64,000 nt of DNA from Takakia lepidozioides (lineage: Eukaryota > Plantae > Bryophyta), in NCBI GenBank assembly GCA_030704615.1, contig CM060733.1, positions 53,010,001 to 53,074,000 on the forward strand, written 5' to 3'. Positions 12,084-24,700 of this stretch are shown here, in pieces. The position numbers and the translations under genes are program-made. Under the pieces are notes generated by a model. The model was not told the DNA's origin, did no database searches, and was given only the letters and a program-made list of their open reading frames with translations. Numbering within the stretch: position 1 is the stretch's first letter; each line of letters begins with the position of its first letter.

Positions 12084-13395
12084 GATGAGTTGACACAGTT
12101 GACCTGACCCATGTTTGAGCTTCATACTTGGGTAGGGAAGCCCTTCAAGGATGACATGCTGTTGATGTTTCATACTCGACTTGATGACATCCTCAAAATA
12201 CGAGAGGTTAGTACTGTGTTACACTAGCATCTAGGAGTAAACCGAAGTCGGGGTTGACTCTCTGTTCAGTCAGATATCATTATGCACACAATAGGTGAGA
12301 ACTCGTTCATGCAGACCTGTTCTTGCTGACCAGAGCTAGGTTTTGCATCAGAAGAGTACATGGTGATATCTGACATGCCCTCATCTTAGTTAGATTGCAG
12401 CGGCTTACGTAGCATGTCCTTTCTTCAGTGCTTGAGCCTTGTTGCTACAAAGGGTGGAAAATCAAAATGAACAATCTGTTACAAACAATGTTAGCGCAGG
12501 TACATGAAAGGCTGCTGATGCTGGTCTCTGCAAATGAGATGCGCTCACTGGCGTAGCGTGTGTTCCAACCTTTCTCTACTGTGAGACCTTTTGAATGCAC
12601 GTCGACTGCTGAGAGTCTGTGGAAGGTTGCTTTCTCCCACCTGTTCACTCTAAGGGCTCATAGTCTTGTTTCAATGGTAACAAGTGGTATTGACTGAAAA
12701 GACTTTCTCATTCTAGTCGATTTAACAAAATATGTAGATCTTTATCTGCTTTCTCAACGAGGTATAGGTGAAACCCTAAAAGCAGATACATGTGCTGAAA
12801 GATGCATGCAAAGGGTTCGATAATTTTGGTTTGGCATTAGAGCAGCATTCTAGGACGCCCAATATTTACAGATAGATTCATGTTGTATGTCTGATGTAGG
12901 CTGCTTTGGTGGAGTATGAGGAAAAGATGCTTCCAATAGAGGGGAAGATAGCCTTAAAACTGCGGGAACTCTTTTGCTCTTCTCTCCTACCTTCCTTTGC
13001 AGCATCTGTCAGAGAAAATGCAAACAACTCTGTTTCAGCTATGGCTCGGCCTCATCAGGTGGCAAACTTCTTTTCTTCTGGTTATAATGCGTTCCTTAGA
13101 CCATCTGGTGTTTGCAAATTTCTCTTTAGCTTTCAGGAATGTCCCAATTGCACTGACTTTATATGCAAAGTTTCCCTCTGTTGGGGAACCTTGGTAAATG
13201 AAGGCTAGTAAGAAGATAAAGAGGTCGGTGTACCCTTGCACAACCACATCTTTTTAAATGGTATGTGTTTTGTTGTGCTGACAGCTGTGTGCAAGTGATG
13301 GGAGAACTGCGCAGGTTTAAAGAGCTCTTTGGAAAACCTCTTGTGGTGCAATGTCTGGCAAGTGAAGGACATAGGCTCCTCTCACTAATTCAAAG
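12084..13395 (+). pseudogene. Captured fragment of cytoplasmic dynein-2 (IFT dynein, DHC1b/DYNC2H1-like) heavy-chain tail; 4 exons with introns
   Basis: Exons ~12084-12206, 12500-12625, 12900-13058 and 13295-13395 join in phase 0 (GT..AG; last acceptor reads AA). They give HTWVGKPF..HTRLDDILKIRE/VHERLL..RVFQPF..ESLWK/AALVEYEEKMLPIEGKIALKLRE..ARPHQ/VMGELRRFKEL, colinear with the DHC1b N-terminal tail as I recall it. Two in-frame stops. Confidence 0.8.
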
Positions 13396-14036
13396 GTGAT
13401 TGGCAGAGAGTCACAATTTTTTGTTGTTGTTTGATGCCCTTTGTTGTTCTTTGTCCGTCTCCTGTAGAGGAAATCAAAGTCGCAAGCTCCTCAATCAGAA
13501 GCATTCCTACTTTGTGTTGTGTGAAGGAGGAACCATGGAATCATTGATATGCACCAGTGTCAGCATGCAGGCATGTTGAGGCTCTGAGGAGTACATTTGA
13601 AGAGAAGTGTGTTGTGTTCAGCACCCATAATAGAAAGAATGAATTTGATGTGGCCTTGCCCCATTTCCATGCGGGGATAGTTGTTGGAAGTAGTAGAGTC
13701 GTCCCTATTTTTTCATGTTGAATTCTGCAAGTTAGCTCGTTGGTGGATCTATGGTGGTTTTGGAGTGATTTTGTGCTCCCTGTACCTTCTTCTTCAACCT
13801 ATTTCAGTCTGTTTTGCCCTCTCATCATTAGGGTTTAGGGTGTTTGCTGGAAGAACTTCATGCCATCAGTGTCAGCTGCTAGTAGCAAGGCTGAGGATGT
13901 ATTCATGATTTGTCCACAGGCAGGGATAGCTGAGGACCAGGGATAGAGGTCCAGATTCATCCAAGAGGGCCGGATCCAAACTACAAACAGGAAAGGCAGA
14001 CCAGGGAAAAGCTGCAGAGGAGCAACCAAAGGCACT

Positions 14037-14625
14037 TGGTATTTGGGTAGGGTTCAAAGAATGCGGAAGAAAATCAATAAGCGGTTTGTAGAATGTAGGG
14101 ATTCTGTTGATTTATTGGAGCGTCATTCTCATATGGAGATTGGGTTAGCATGGTACCAAAAAATTCGAGGAGGGGTCTATACGTACGATTTGACGGATAA
14201 CATGATGGTTGATTTGGATTCCATTATCGCGTTAGCATGTTTAAAGTACAATGTCAAGTCAAACACATATGTACTTGATGCAAATGACCGAAAAGTCTTT
14301 GACAACTTTATCAAAGGCAAATAATTTTTTAATTAATTTGTTAGATTTTATTATGTTTAAATGAATAAATTCGATATAATATAAAAACATACATATACAT
14401 ATTGGAGGGTTATTTTTAATGATGGAAAATGAGAATATACATACATAAGGGGGTACTTTTTAAAAATTATAAATTTTTGTATATTTACAGGAGGGGGTTT
14501 TATAATCTTCAAAAAGTATGTACATAGGGGGTATAAATTATCCAAGGACCCGTATACAGGGGGTTTTTTTATTAGGCGATGAACGCACGTGATACGCACA
14601 GTTTATAAAGAGTGCCCCCCCCAGG
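14037..14625 (+). mobile_element. Right end of a putative DNA transposon: ORF C-terminus, AT-rich subterminal region, terminal GAGTGCCCCCCCCAGG
   Basis: ORF (WYL)GRVQRMRKK...DNFIKGK* ends at 14324, followed by repeated AGGGGG(T) motifs in AT-rich DNA. Gypsy gag resumes right after 14625. Superfamily not assigned. Confidence 0.55.
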
Positions 14626-14763
14626 TTAGGACCACTATGGTAGGCCTGGTGGTTATAACAATGGCATGGAAGGGAGAGGTAATCCAAGAGGAAATTACCA
14701 AGGAAATTCTAGGGGCAACTATCAGGGTAATCCAAGGGGGAATTACCAGCCAGGGAATCAGGA

Positions 14764-15490
14764 TGTCGCGCACCTCACTTCGGTAAGCTCCCCCTCAAGT
14801 CATAGTTACTCGCTTTGATGCGCGCGCCTGACTCCCAACCTGGCCGCCGGGCCAACTTGGAGCTTCGGCTGCTCACCGGGGCATAACGGTCCCCCTTTGT
14901 TCTCCCAAAGAACCCTCCACCGATTTGGAACCAGCGGGAATTCCCTTTGGTAGTTGGCAGTCCGGAACAGCTCCCCACTCTTTGGTCGCTTTCCGGCTCG
15001 CTCGCTTACTCACTAGTTTTTGGTCACCAACGGGCTTGCACCGTTCTCGAGGTTACTACTCCCTATATATACTTTTGTAGCTGTCCGCGGGGGTTTCACA
15101 ACCAGCCATGCCATTTTATGGCGAACCACCACGAAAACCCTCGACTCCCGGTGATGAGACGCGGTGAGTCTTGGCCCACTCACCACGGCCCCTATGGACC
15201 GTGATGAGTCCCAAGACTCCCCACGACTCCCACCACGAGGTCTCCGCCCCCATGGTGAGTCCTATGCCACCCCCACTAAGTCCCGCTAAGCTACCACTAC
15301 CCCTTGTGGAGCCACCCCCACCGCAACCCGGTGTGCGGGGCTCCACCTAGTGAGCGCCTCCGCTTCCCTGAGTGCCTTGGGCACTCAAAGGTGCTTCAGC
15401 CCCCCATACCTATCGCTGCCGCTGCCCCCACCACAGGGGCAGCCCCTCATGTGTCCCGACCCCCTGCCCTCAATGCAAAGGGCCGCGACA
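14764..15490 (-). repeat. Chromovirus 3' LTR (727 bp)
   Basis: About 8 substitutions and 2 single-base indels relative to 21021-21747 by manual comparison. Confidence 0.95.
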
Positions 15491-16411
15491 CACACCCCTA
15501 CCAACAGGAAGTCGATGTCCTCATCGACTTGTCTATGTTGTAGAAACGAACATCCAAGTTGTGGCGTCCCACATCAAGGAGTTTGTTTCCGTACCATGGC
15601 GTCCCATGGCAAAGAACCAAACCCCACATTTGACTCTACTCTCCACTAGCTAGTTCGGCCGACTTCCTCCAAGTCCCGGCCAAGGGTGGAGCCTCTCAAG
15701 CTCCTCCCAGTGCACTCTTCTTGGCCTTCTTCAAGGTCAAGGAACGATCCTCCCCGAGGATCGAATCGCCTTACTGCAACAACATTGCTTGCGACCGCTC
15801 ATGATGCCGCTTTTGGCATCACCTTGGGCAAGGGTTCACCTGGAACCCTCTTTGACTAGGAAGATAACCTTAAACCAACCGTGCGCCCAATCACTACAAT
15901 TGGGTCCGCCTTGGAATGCTGGCCTGAGGTACGGGAACACGTCGAAGCCGCACTACGACTTCGTCCCGAGGCTACACGATTATAGTACGTGAACGGAAGC
16001 ACGTAGCTTCCGCGTTAGCCCGCACTACAAGGCAACCCCCTCGGTAGCGCAGTTATAGTATGCGCACGCGCCAGGTGCGCACTAGCACGTGAACTCCCAA
16101 AGAAGGCGCAAGTTTCTTGCCCCTTGGATGGGGGTCACCCGATTTCGGCACTACGCAAACACACGATTAACCCAATTTACCTCTCCCACTTTTATAAGCT
16201 AGCATGCATTCTACACACTAGCCAACCATACCATGCATCACCATTCCAAACAAAATAGGACGCACAACATTTGGAAGCCATTTCATTTATAGCACGTTTT
16301 GTACAATACAAGTTTTTGCAATCGGATTCCTAAGCTAGCTAAGCCGGGCTAAGCATGCATTTCTGCTAAGCATGCATTTCTTCCCCCACGCTCCAAGGGT
16401 TGATGTCCCCA

Positions 16412-19400
16412 TCAACGCTTCTTTCGCTTTTGAGGTCGCCCTTCGAAAGCTGCAACCGCTTCGGATGCGTTTCCCATTTCTGAGGCACGCACCCAAGATG
16501 CCTCCACATGATGATAGCCCTTCCATTTGACGAGATACTCCGTTTCTCGGTTCTTGAACCACCTCGACTTAAGTATTGCCTCCACCTCGTACTCAGGTTC
16601 ATTTTCATGATCCAACAGCATAGGTGGCGGACGCAACATTTGATGCCGATTCGGACGCGCTTCATCTTTGAAGTAAGGCTTCAAAAGGGAGACATGGAAT
16701 ACCGGGTGCACCTTGCTGTTTGTCGGCAGCTCCAATTCGTACACATCCTCATTCATAACCTTCCGAATGCGAAAGGGTCCCGCATACGGAGGTACGAACT
16801 TCGGACTCACTTTCGGAGGTAGTCAAAAATTCTTGATGTTCAACCAGACCTTCGTGCCTGCCTCAAACTTCACTTCCCTCCGCTTCCGATTCGCCTGCCT
16901 TTCATACCATTTCCTAGCTTTGGCAATGTTGTATTTTGCGAGCTTCAACAAACGCTCACGTTCTTCTAGTACCGCCGTTACTCCCGGTTCCTCAACGTCC
17001 TGGGCGGCCCAACTTGTCGGCACCAGAGGTGCTTTTCCATAGACCAATACGAAATGGGAAACTCCCGTTGCGGAGTGTTCTGTGTTATTATAACAGAACC
17101 GTATCTAAGTGTTCCACCCAGTCTGTTTGGTCTGCCGACACGTAATTCCGCAAGATCTGCTTCACTACGGAATTCACTATTTCTGTTTGGCCGTCGGTCG
17201 TAGGTCGGAAGGCGGTGCTCATCTTCAGCCTCGTCCCCATCTTCTTCCAAAGTGCCCTCCAAAATTTACTCGTAAACTTTGGATCGCGGTCCGAGACAAT
17301 ATCCCTCGGGACTCCATGATGTTTTAAGACATGGGCGAAGTAAAGTCGCCCTGTTTCCTGCGCCATAGCCGTCTCCTTGGTGGGGATGAAATGACCCATT
17401 TTACTGAACCTATCCACCACCACCATGATTGCATCGAATCCTTTTGACAGCGGCATAGCAATCATGAAATCCATCGAGACGCTTTCCCAAGTCCCCTCTG
17501 GAATCGGCAAGGGTTGTAACAGCCCCGCTTGCTTTTTGTACTCGCTCCGGTTTTGTTGGCATGTGGTGCATGTCTTGACATACTCCTCTGCCTCCTCCCT
17601 CAGTTTGGGCCAGAAATACTCTTTCTTCAAGAGTGCCGCATTGCGCTTGGCTCCGTCGTGGCCCGCAAGCGGGCTATCATGACATTCTCTCAAGAGGCTA
17701 TCTCTGATCCCTCCCTTCGGCATGTAGAGACATTTTTGCTTATACCGGAGCAGTCCATTTTGCAAGTGGAACTGCGATTTAACCCCCATCCTCAAGTCCT
17801 GCATCACGGACTTCGCCAGCTCATCCTTCCGGCACCTTTCGGATCTTCCTTTGGAGCGCCGTCTCGCATTTGTACACCAACAAGAGCTGCTGCTTTCTAT
17901 TTAAAGCATCGGCTACCACGTTGTCTCGTCCCGGTTTGTACTGGATATCCACGTCGAACACCGCCAAAGTATCTTGCCACCTAAGCTGTTTTGGGGACAA
18001 CTTGGGCTGTATGGCAAAATACTTCACCGTGACATTGTCCGTGAACACCTTCACTGGGTTGGAACCAACATAGTGGCGCCAAAGCTCAAGACAGTGCACC
18101 ACCGCCTTCATCTCTTTCTCGTGCGTCGGCCACCATCGCTCGACTTCATTCAGTTTCTTACTTTCGTAAGCCACTGGACGTCCATCTTGCATCAGTACAC
18201 CCCCAATTGCGAAGTCCGACGCATCTGTATGTATCTCGAACGGACGATCGAACTCTGGGATTTTCAAGACTGGAGCTTCCGCCATCCGCTGCTTCAATTC
18301 AGCAAAAGCTTGGCCACAAAAGGTGTTCCATGCCCAGACTTTAGATTTACACAGAAGGTCTGACAGCGGACCCGCGATTTTGGCGAAATTTCTCACATAC
18401 TTCCGGTAATAGGAGGCGAGTCTTAGGAAGGATCGCACTCCCGGGACCGAAGTCGGAGGCTCCCAGTCCAAAATTGCCCTCACCTTTCTGTCATCCATTT
18501 TGATCCCATCCTGTGTAATCACATGCCCCAAGAACTCCACTTTCGTGACCCCGAATTTGCACTTTGAAGCTTTGGCGTACAGCTTCCCTTCCTGCAACTT
18601 TTGGAACACCCTTTTGAGGTGCTCCAGGTGCTCCTCCTTTGTTTTCGAGTACACCAAGATGTCGTCGATGTACACGATCACAAAGTCATCCAACCACTCC
18701 TGAAAAAGGCTGTTCATCAGCGTGCTAAAGGTCGCAGGTGCATTGGTGAGCCCAAAAGGCATCACCAAGAACTCATATGAACCATACCTTGTCCTGCACG
18801 CGGTCTTCTCCTCATCTCCTTCCGCCACCCGAATTTGATGATAGCCGGAGCGCAAGTCGATCCGGCTGAAATACTTCGCTCCTGCCAACTGGTCGAAAAG
18901 GTCGTCGATCCTTGGCAAAGGGTACCGGTTTTTAATAGTCACCTTATTCAAAGCCCTGTAATCGACACACATCCGCAGCGTTCCATCCTTCTTGTCTGCG
19001 AATAGCACCGGGGCTCCGTAAGGTGACTTACTCGGCCGGATGTACCCCTTTGACATTAGATCCTTGAGCTGAGTCTTCAGCTCGACCAACTCCCTGTGGC
19101 TCAACCAGTAGGGTGCCTTGGCAGGCGGTTCCGATCCCGGTATCACCTCAATCTTGTGGTCAACTCCTCTTCGCGGTGGCAAGCCGCTTGGTAAATCCTC
19201 CAGCATCACATCCTGGTATTTCTCCAAAATCCTCTTGATCCAATCTGGGCTCGGCTCCCCATCGCCTTCTCCTTTCACTTCTCTAATGTAAAGCAAAAAC
19301 TGGGGCTCGTGTGCCTCCTCCACGGCCCACTCCCTTGCTGACAGAAGGTTTATTCGCCCTCCCACGGATTTGGGCGTTTCCGACACTCGTAAGCCTCGCC

Positions 19401-20966
19401 ACCATTCCCACATGGCAGCGTGACTACTCTCTTGCGGCCATCTATGACCACCCCGGATTTGCTCAAAAAGGTCATCCCCAAAATGAGATCCACTCCATCG
19501 ATCTCGCAGATGGTGAAGTTCTCACGTCCCTCCCAACTCCCCAGTTGAAGAGGAACATCAAACGCCAACCTTGTCGCCATCTGTGCTTCTCCTTTGGCAG
19601 AACGCACCTCAATAGAGGCCCCCACGTCACTTGTCGGGAGTCCCAACTTTCGCGCCGCCGCCGGCGTCATGAAGGAGTGCGACGCTCCTATGTCCACCAA
19701 CAACGACACGTTAGTTCCGGATATTATCCCATCCACGAACAATAACTGACTCCCTTTACGCAGGGCGCCAGTTTCCTGATACAACTCACAAGAATAGTTG
19801 CCTACCTTGCAAGTCCTGGCGACCACCGCTTCCACCAAGCGACTGATGGTATCTTCCGACAGCTCCGTGGTTGCCCGAGTCATGTTCAATTGTCAAGGTT
19901 TCGTGCACTTCTTGGCCATGTGCCCGGGCTCCCCGCAATTGAAACACACTCCATCAAAGGTCGCCTTCTGTCCGCCATAAGCCGCTCCACCCGCTTTTCC
20001 TTTTGAAGCACCGGGTGCCGCCTTGACGTGTGAAGGCCCTCCCTTCGATTTCCACGTGCCATTGTCGCCGCGTGGCCTATCCCACTTCTTTTCTGGTCGG
20101 AAGGAATCACCTTCCCGCCGGGTCTTCTTGTGGTTCAGCTCCGTACGGCCTTGTCTCTCACCCCTAGGGACATCCGAGAAACATTCAGCCCTCTCAATTG
20201 CCTCGTTCAAAGTCTTGGGTGGCTTCTCCTCCAACTTCCGCCTGGCCCATGGGGCCAGTCCCGCCACAAAGTTGAAGACCATTTTGGTTCTGCCATGTCC
20301 GCGACTTTGAGCAACAGCACATTGAAAGCCTGGACATACCCCCGAATGTCATCTGTTTGCTTCAAATTCCTCATCTTGTCTCGGGCAAGCCAGGACGCGT
20401 TGAGAGGCACAAATTGTCTCTTCATCAATTCCTTGAACCCACTCCAGTTCAAGGTTTCCGGGCTTGGACCTCGGTCGTGAAGGCGTTTCTGCCACCATTG
20501 TTGAGCATAGCCCCTCAAATAGGTGGGAGCCACTTCCACCCGATCCTCGTCACTCAACTTGGCCGCCCGGAAGTACTGCTCTAGCTCCAAGAGCCAGGTG
20601 TTGAGTGCCTTCCGATTTCGGACGCCCTCGAAGGTGCCGGGTTCCTTAGGCTTCACCTTAAACTTTGCCTTAGCGGAAGTGGCATTAGCCGCCTTCAACA
20701 CGTCTTTCAACGTCCCGCCAAACTGCGCCAACAACCCTTCCCAAAAAGCTACCGGCATGGAAGGCATCTGTTGGTCTGTCAGAGCTCTCAGGGATTCCTC
20801 GGGCTCCGACTCCTCGGATTCCTCCCGCTCTTGAGCGGCCTCGTTTTCAGAAACCTGCGTCGCTTCCTCAAATGGCCGCTTCGGTGACACGTCGCCCTCA
20901 TCGGGCTCACCAGGATCATCATGTTTTGGGCCGTTCCGCTTTTGCTTTGGCTTGCCCAACCCCATG
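16412..20966 (-). pseudogene. Chromovirus gag-pol with chromodomain, several frameshifts
   Basis: Gag 20207-21019 and 19893-20282 (CFNCGEPGHMAKKC), PR (VDIGASH), RT/RH 17821-19413, INT 17088-17807, GPF motif and chromodomain YEVEAIL..YLVKWKGY..SW in 16412-16810. Confidence 0.93.
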
Positions 20967-21006
20967 ATGAGGCCAATCCCAAGGATGATCGCGTACTGAA
21001 CTCTAA

Positions 21007-21018
21007 GCTCTGATATCA
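21007..21018 (-). promoter_or_regulatory. Primer-binding site (tRNA-iMet type) of chromovirus
   Basis: Minus strand TGATATCAGAGC, 2 bp from the 5' LTR, one mismatch to TGGTATCAGAGC. Confidence 0.85.
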
Positions 21019-21020
21019 AG

Positions 21021-21747
21021 TGTCGCGCACCTCACTTCGGTAAGCTCCCCTCAAGTCATAGTTACTCGCTTTTGATGCGCGCGCCTGACTCCCAACCTGG
21101 CCGCCGGGCCAACTTGGAGCTTTGGCTGCTCACCGGGGCATAACGGTCCCCCTTTGTTCTCCCAAAGAACCCTCCACCGATTTGGAACCAGCGGGAATTC
21201 CCTTTGGTAGTTGGCAGTCCGGAACAGCTCCCCACTCTTTGGTCGCTTTCCGGCTCGCTCGCTTACTCACTAGTTTTTGGTCACCAACGGGTTTGCACCG
21301 TTCTCGGGGTTACTACTCCCTATATATACTTTTGTAGCTGTCCGCGGGGGTTTCACAACCAGCCATGCCATTTTATGGCGAACCACCACGAAAACCCTCG
21401 ACTCCCGGTGATGAGTCGCGGTGAGTCTTGGCCCACTCACCACGGCCCCTATGGACCGTGATGAGTCCCAAGACTCCCCACGACTCCCACCACGAGGTCT
21501 CCGCCCCCATGGTGAGTCCTATGCCACCCCCACTAAGTCCCGCTAAGCTACCACCACCCCTTGTGGAGCCACCCCCACCGCAACCCGGTGTGCGGGGCTC
21601 CACCTAGTGAGCGCCTCCGCTTCCTTGAGTGCCTTGGGCACTCAAGGGTGCTTCAGCCCCCCATACCTATCGCTGCCGCTGCCCCCACCACAGGGGCAGC
21701 CCCTCATGTGTCCCGACCCCCTGCCCTCAAGGCAAAGGGCCGCGACA
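21021..21747 (-). repeat. Chromovirus 5' LTR (727 bp)
   Basis: Near-identical to 14764-15490 and adjacent to the PBS. Confidence 0.95.
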
Positions 21748-21752
21748 CAGGA

Positions 21753-24700
21753 TTACAGAAATAATCCTAGAGCAGACCAAGGGCGAGGACCCAATGGTGA
21801 AGAATTGTGTTACTATTGTAATCAAGCAGGACATCGCAAGGCAGCCTGTCCATTCTGGATCAGACACCAGAATGAGATGAGAGCTCCTGTGAATGAGGGG
21901 CCAGTGGTGGCAGCTCACATGGTTAGGCCATGTGTTGTACCAGAAGTAAGTACAATGATAGTAACGAGAAGCAAAGCCAAACTAATACCTCCAGTAGTTG
22001 AGGAAGATGATGATAATGAAGATGGCAGTGATGTGCCTGAAGATGATGAGGCTTGGAGAGATGAGAAGGAACTGCACAAGGAAGTGGCAGATACCATAAG
22101 GGAAATGCAGAAGAGTACTGATATTCCTATGGCCGATTCCTCTGATTCTGATGGAGAAGAAGAAGTGAGTGAGGATGAAAGGAAGAAAGAAGCTGCAGAC
22201 ATGCAGAGTAATGAAGGGACTTTGGCTGAAGTAATATGCCAGACCAAAGCGGAGATTACCATTGGACAGCTATTGGCTGTGGCACCTTATTGTAGACACA
22301 GGCTGTATCAAGCAATCAATCGAATTGCCCATGTGACAGGGAACACAGACCTGAACAGCAAGGTGACTAGTTATAATGTGAAGCCGGAAGGGCGAGAAAC
22401 AGTCATGGACTTTGATGATTCTATGCCAGTAATCCAATTGAGAATTGGAAGCACAGAACTAACTGATGTACTGATAGATGGAGGCTATGGAGTGAATATA
22501 ATTACAGACCAATTAAGGCAGAAGTTGGGTCTAAGTAACATGAAACCAGCCCCATTTACAGTAACAATGGCAGATCAAAGAAGTGTACAGCCATTGGGAT
22601 TGATAAGAGGAGTTAAGATACAGATTCAAAACATGATCTTTATGATCACGATAACTGTGTTGAAAATGGATGAAGTCATGGAGGCTTACTCCTTATTATT
22701 GGGACGTCCGTGGCTGAAACAGGCCAGGGTATTCCATGACTGGAATTCCTAGTTACTAACTGTGCATAATGGGATGCACAAGATACAAATTACCACTAAG
22801 AAATCTAGTAGATTACCTGCTACGAGAAGACCTCGAGGGGTCAAGGAGTATGACTGGAGGGGAGGACTGGATGAGGAGCAGGAAACTACCCTGTTCGCTG
22901 CACACCCAGAGTGGGAGCAGGTTGCAGAGATGCAGCTGGAAGGCCTAAGTTGTTTAAAAGGTATCTGCTGTGGTGTAGTGGCAGCAACACCAATTGAAGG
23001 TGAAATAAGCAGTTACCCACCACATTTTTATGAAGAAAAAGAAGGAGAAATGGAAATCCTAGAGGAACCAGCCACTGTGAGTTTACAGGATGAAGTGGTA
23101 ACTGATTGGACAATCACAGCTGATGAGCAGGTGAGAGAAGTGAATGTGGGAACTGAAGAGGAACCGAGGATGGTGAAGGTAGGGGCTGATTTGGAGCTAG
23201 AATTCTTTGAGGAAGCTAAGAGTTTGTTCATCAAATACAGAGATGTATTTGCTTGGAGCTACGAGGATCTAAAAGGGATACCACCTGAGATCTGTCAGCA
23301 TAAGATTGAACTGGAACCAGGGTCAGTACCAATCAAACAGACAAGGTACAAAATGAATCCCAACTATGCACAGAAGGTTGGAGAAGAGATCAAGAAGTTG
23401 GCTGAGGCTAAGTTTATATATCCGATAGAGTATACAACTTGGTTGTCACCCATTGTGATAGTTCCCAAGAAGAATGGTAAACTGAGAGTTTGTGTGAACT
23501 ATAAGAAGTTGAATGCTTGCACGAAGAAAGATCATTTTCCTTTGTCATTCACAGAAGCAGTATTGGACACTGTGGCAGGCCATGAGATGTACTCATTCAT
23601 GGATGGCTTCAGTGGTTATAATCAAGTGCAAGTGGTAGAAGAAGATCAGGGGAAGACAGCTTTCATCACAGACTGGGGTGCTTATGCATACAAAGTCATG
23701 CCTTTTGGACTTTGTAATGCACCAGCAACCTTTCAGAGAGTGATAAGTGAATCTTTTCATGAGTATCTGGATGATTTCATGCAGGTGTTCTTGGATGATT
23801 TCAGTATGTACAGCTCTAAGAATGAGCACTTGCATAAATTAGAGTTATGTTTGGCCAGATGCAGGATGAGAGGTCTGGGCATGAATCCAGAAAAATGTAC
23901 TTTCTGTGTGAACTCAGGGGTGCTTTTGGGACACATTGTGTGTAAGAGGGGACTTCTTGTGGATCCCAGGAAGACAGAGGCCATTAAAGCCTTTCCACCA
24001 CCAGTAAATGTTAAGAGTCTAAGGAGATTCCTTGGACAAACCAGTTATTACAGAAGATTTGTCAAAATGTATGCACAGATAGCAGCACCATTTAGCAAGC
24101 TTCTGAAGAATGATGCAGTGTTTGCATGGACAGCTGAATGTCAACAAGCTTTTGAGAAACTTACATTGTTAGTAACAACTACACCTGCGCTGATTAACCC
24201 TCACTAGCATGTAGTATTTCATGTTCATTGTGATGCCTCAGGAGAAGCATTGGGAGCGGTGTTAGCCCAAAATGTTACATGAAATATAGATTCACCGGTG
24301 TACTATGCTAGCAGGTTGATGAACAGTGCTGAAAGGAACTATAGCACAACTGAAAGATAAGCACTGGTAATGATTTATGCAGTCAAGAAATTCAGGCATT
24401 ACCTATTGGAAAGAAAGTTTATGTTTTATGTGGATCACCAGGCTCTGATATATCTGGTGAACAAACCTTTGATAAGTGGAAGGATAGCAAGGTGGTTAAT
24501 AATCTTGCACGAGTTTGAGTTCGAAGTTGTTTACAAGCCTGGCCGTTTGCAGATCATTTGTCACGCCTAACAACGGGAGAGTCCGCCACAGGAGTAGACG
24601 ACCAATTGCCTGATGTGAGTTTATTTGCAATGGAGGTGCAAGGAAGTGCAGATGAATGGTTAGATTGGCAGTGGCCAATCAGATACTACCTTACTCATGG

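Larger units (their letters stand above)
14764..21747 (-). mobile_element. Structurally complete chromovirus (Ty3/gypsy; Galadriel/Tcn1-like) with 5-bp TSD CAGGA
   Basis: LTRs 14764-15490 and 21021-21747 with TGTCGCG...CGCGACA termini. TSD CAGGA at 14759-63 and 21748-52. Order gag-PR-RT(YIDD)-RH-INT-chromodomain. Confidence 0.97.

Noticed and set aside
14947-15653. Duplicated small ORFs (also 21204-21880)
   Set aside because: Chance frames inside GC-rich LTR copies.
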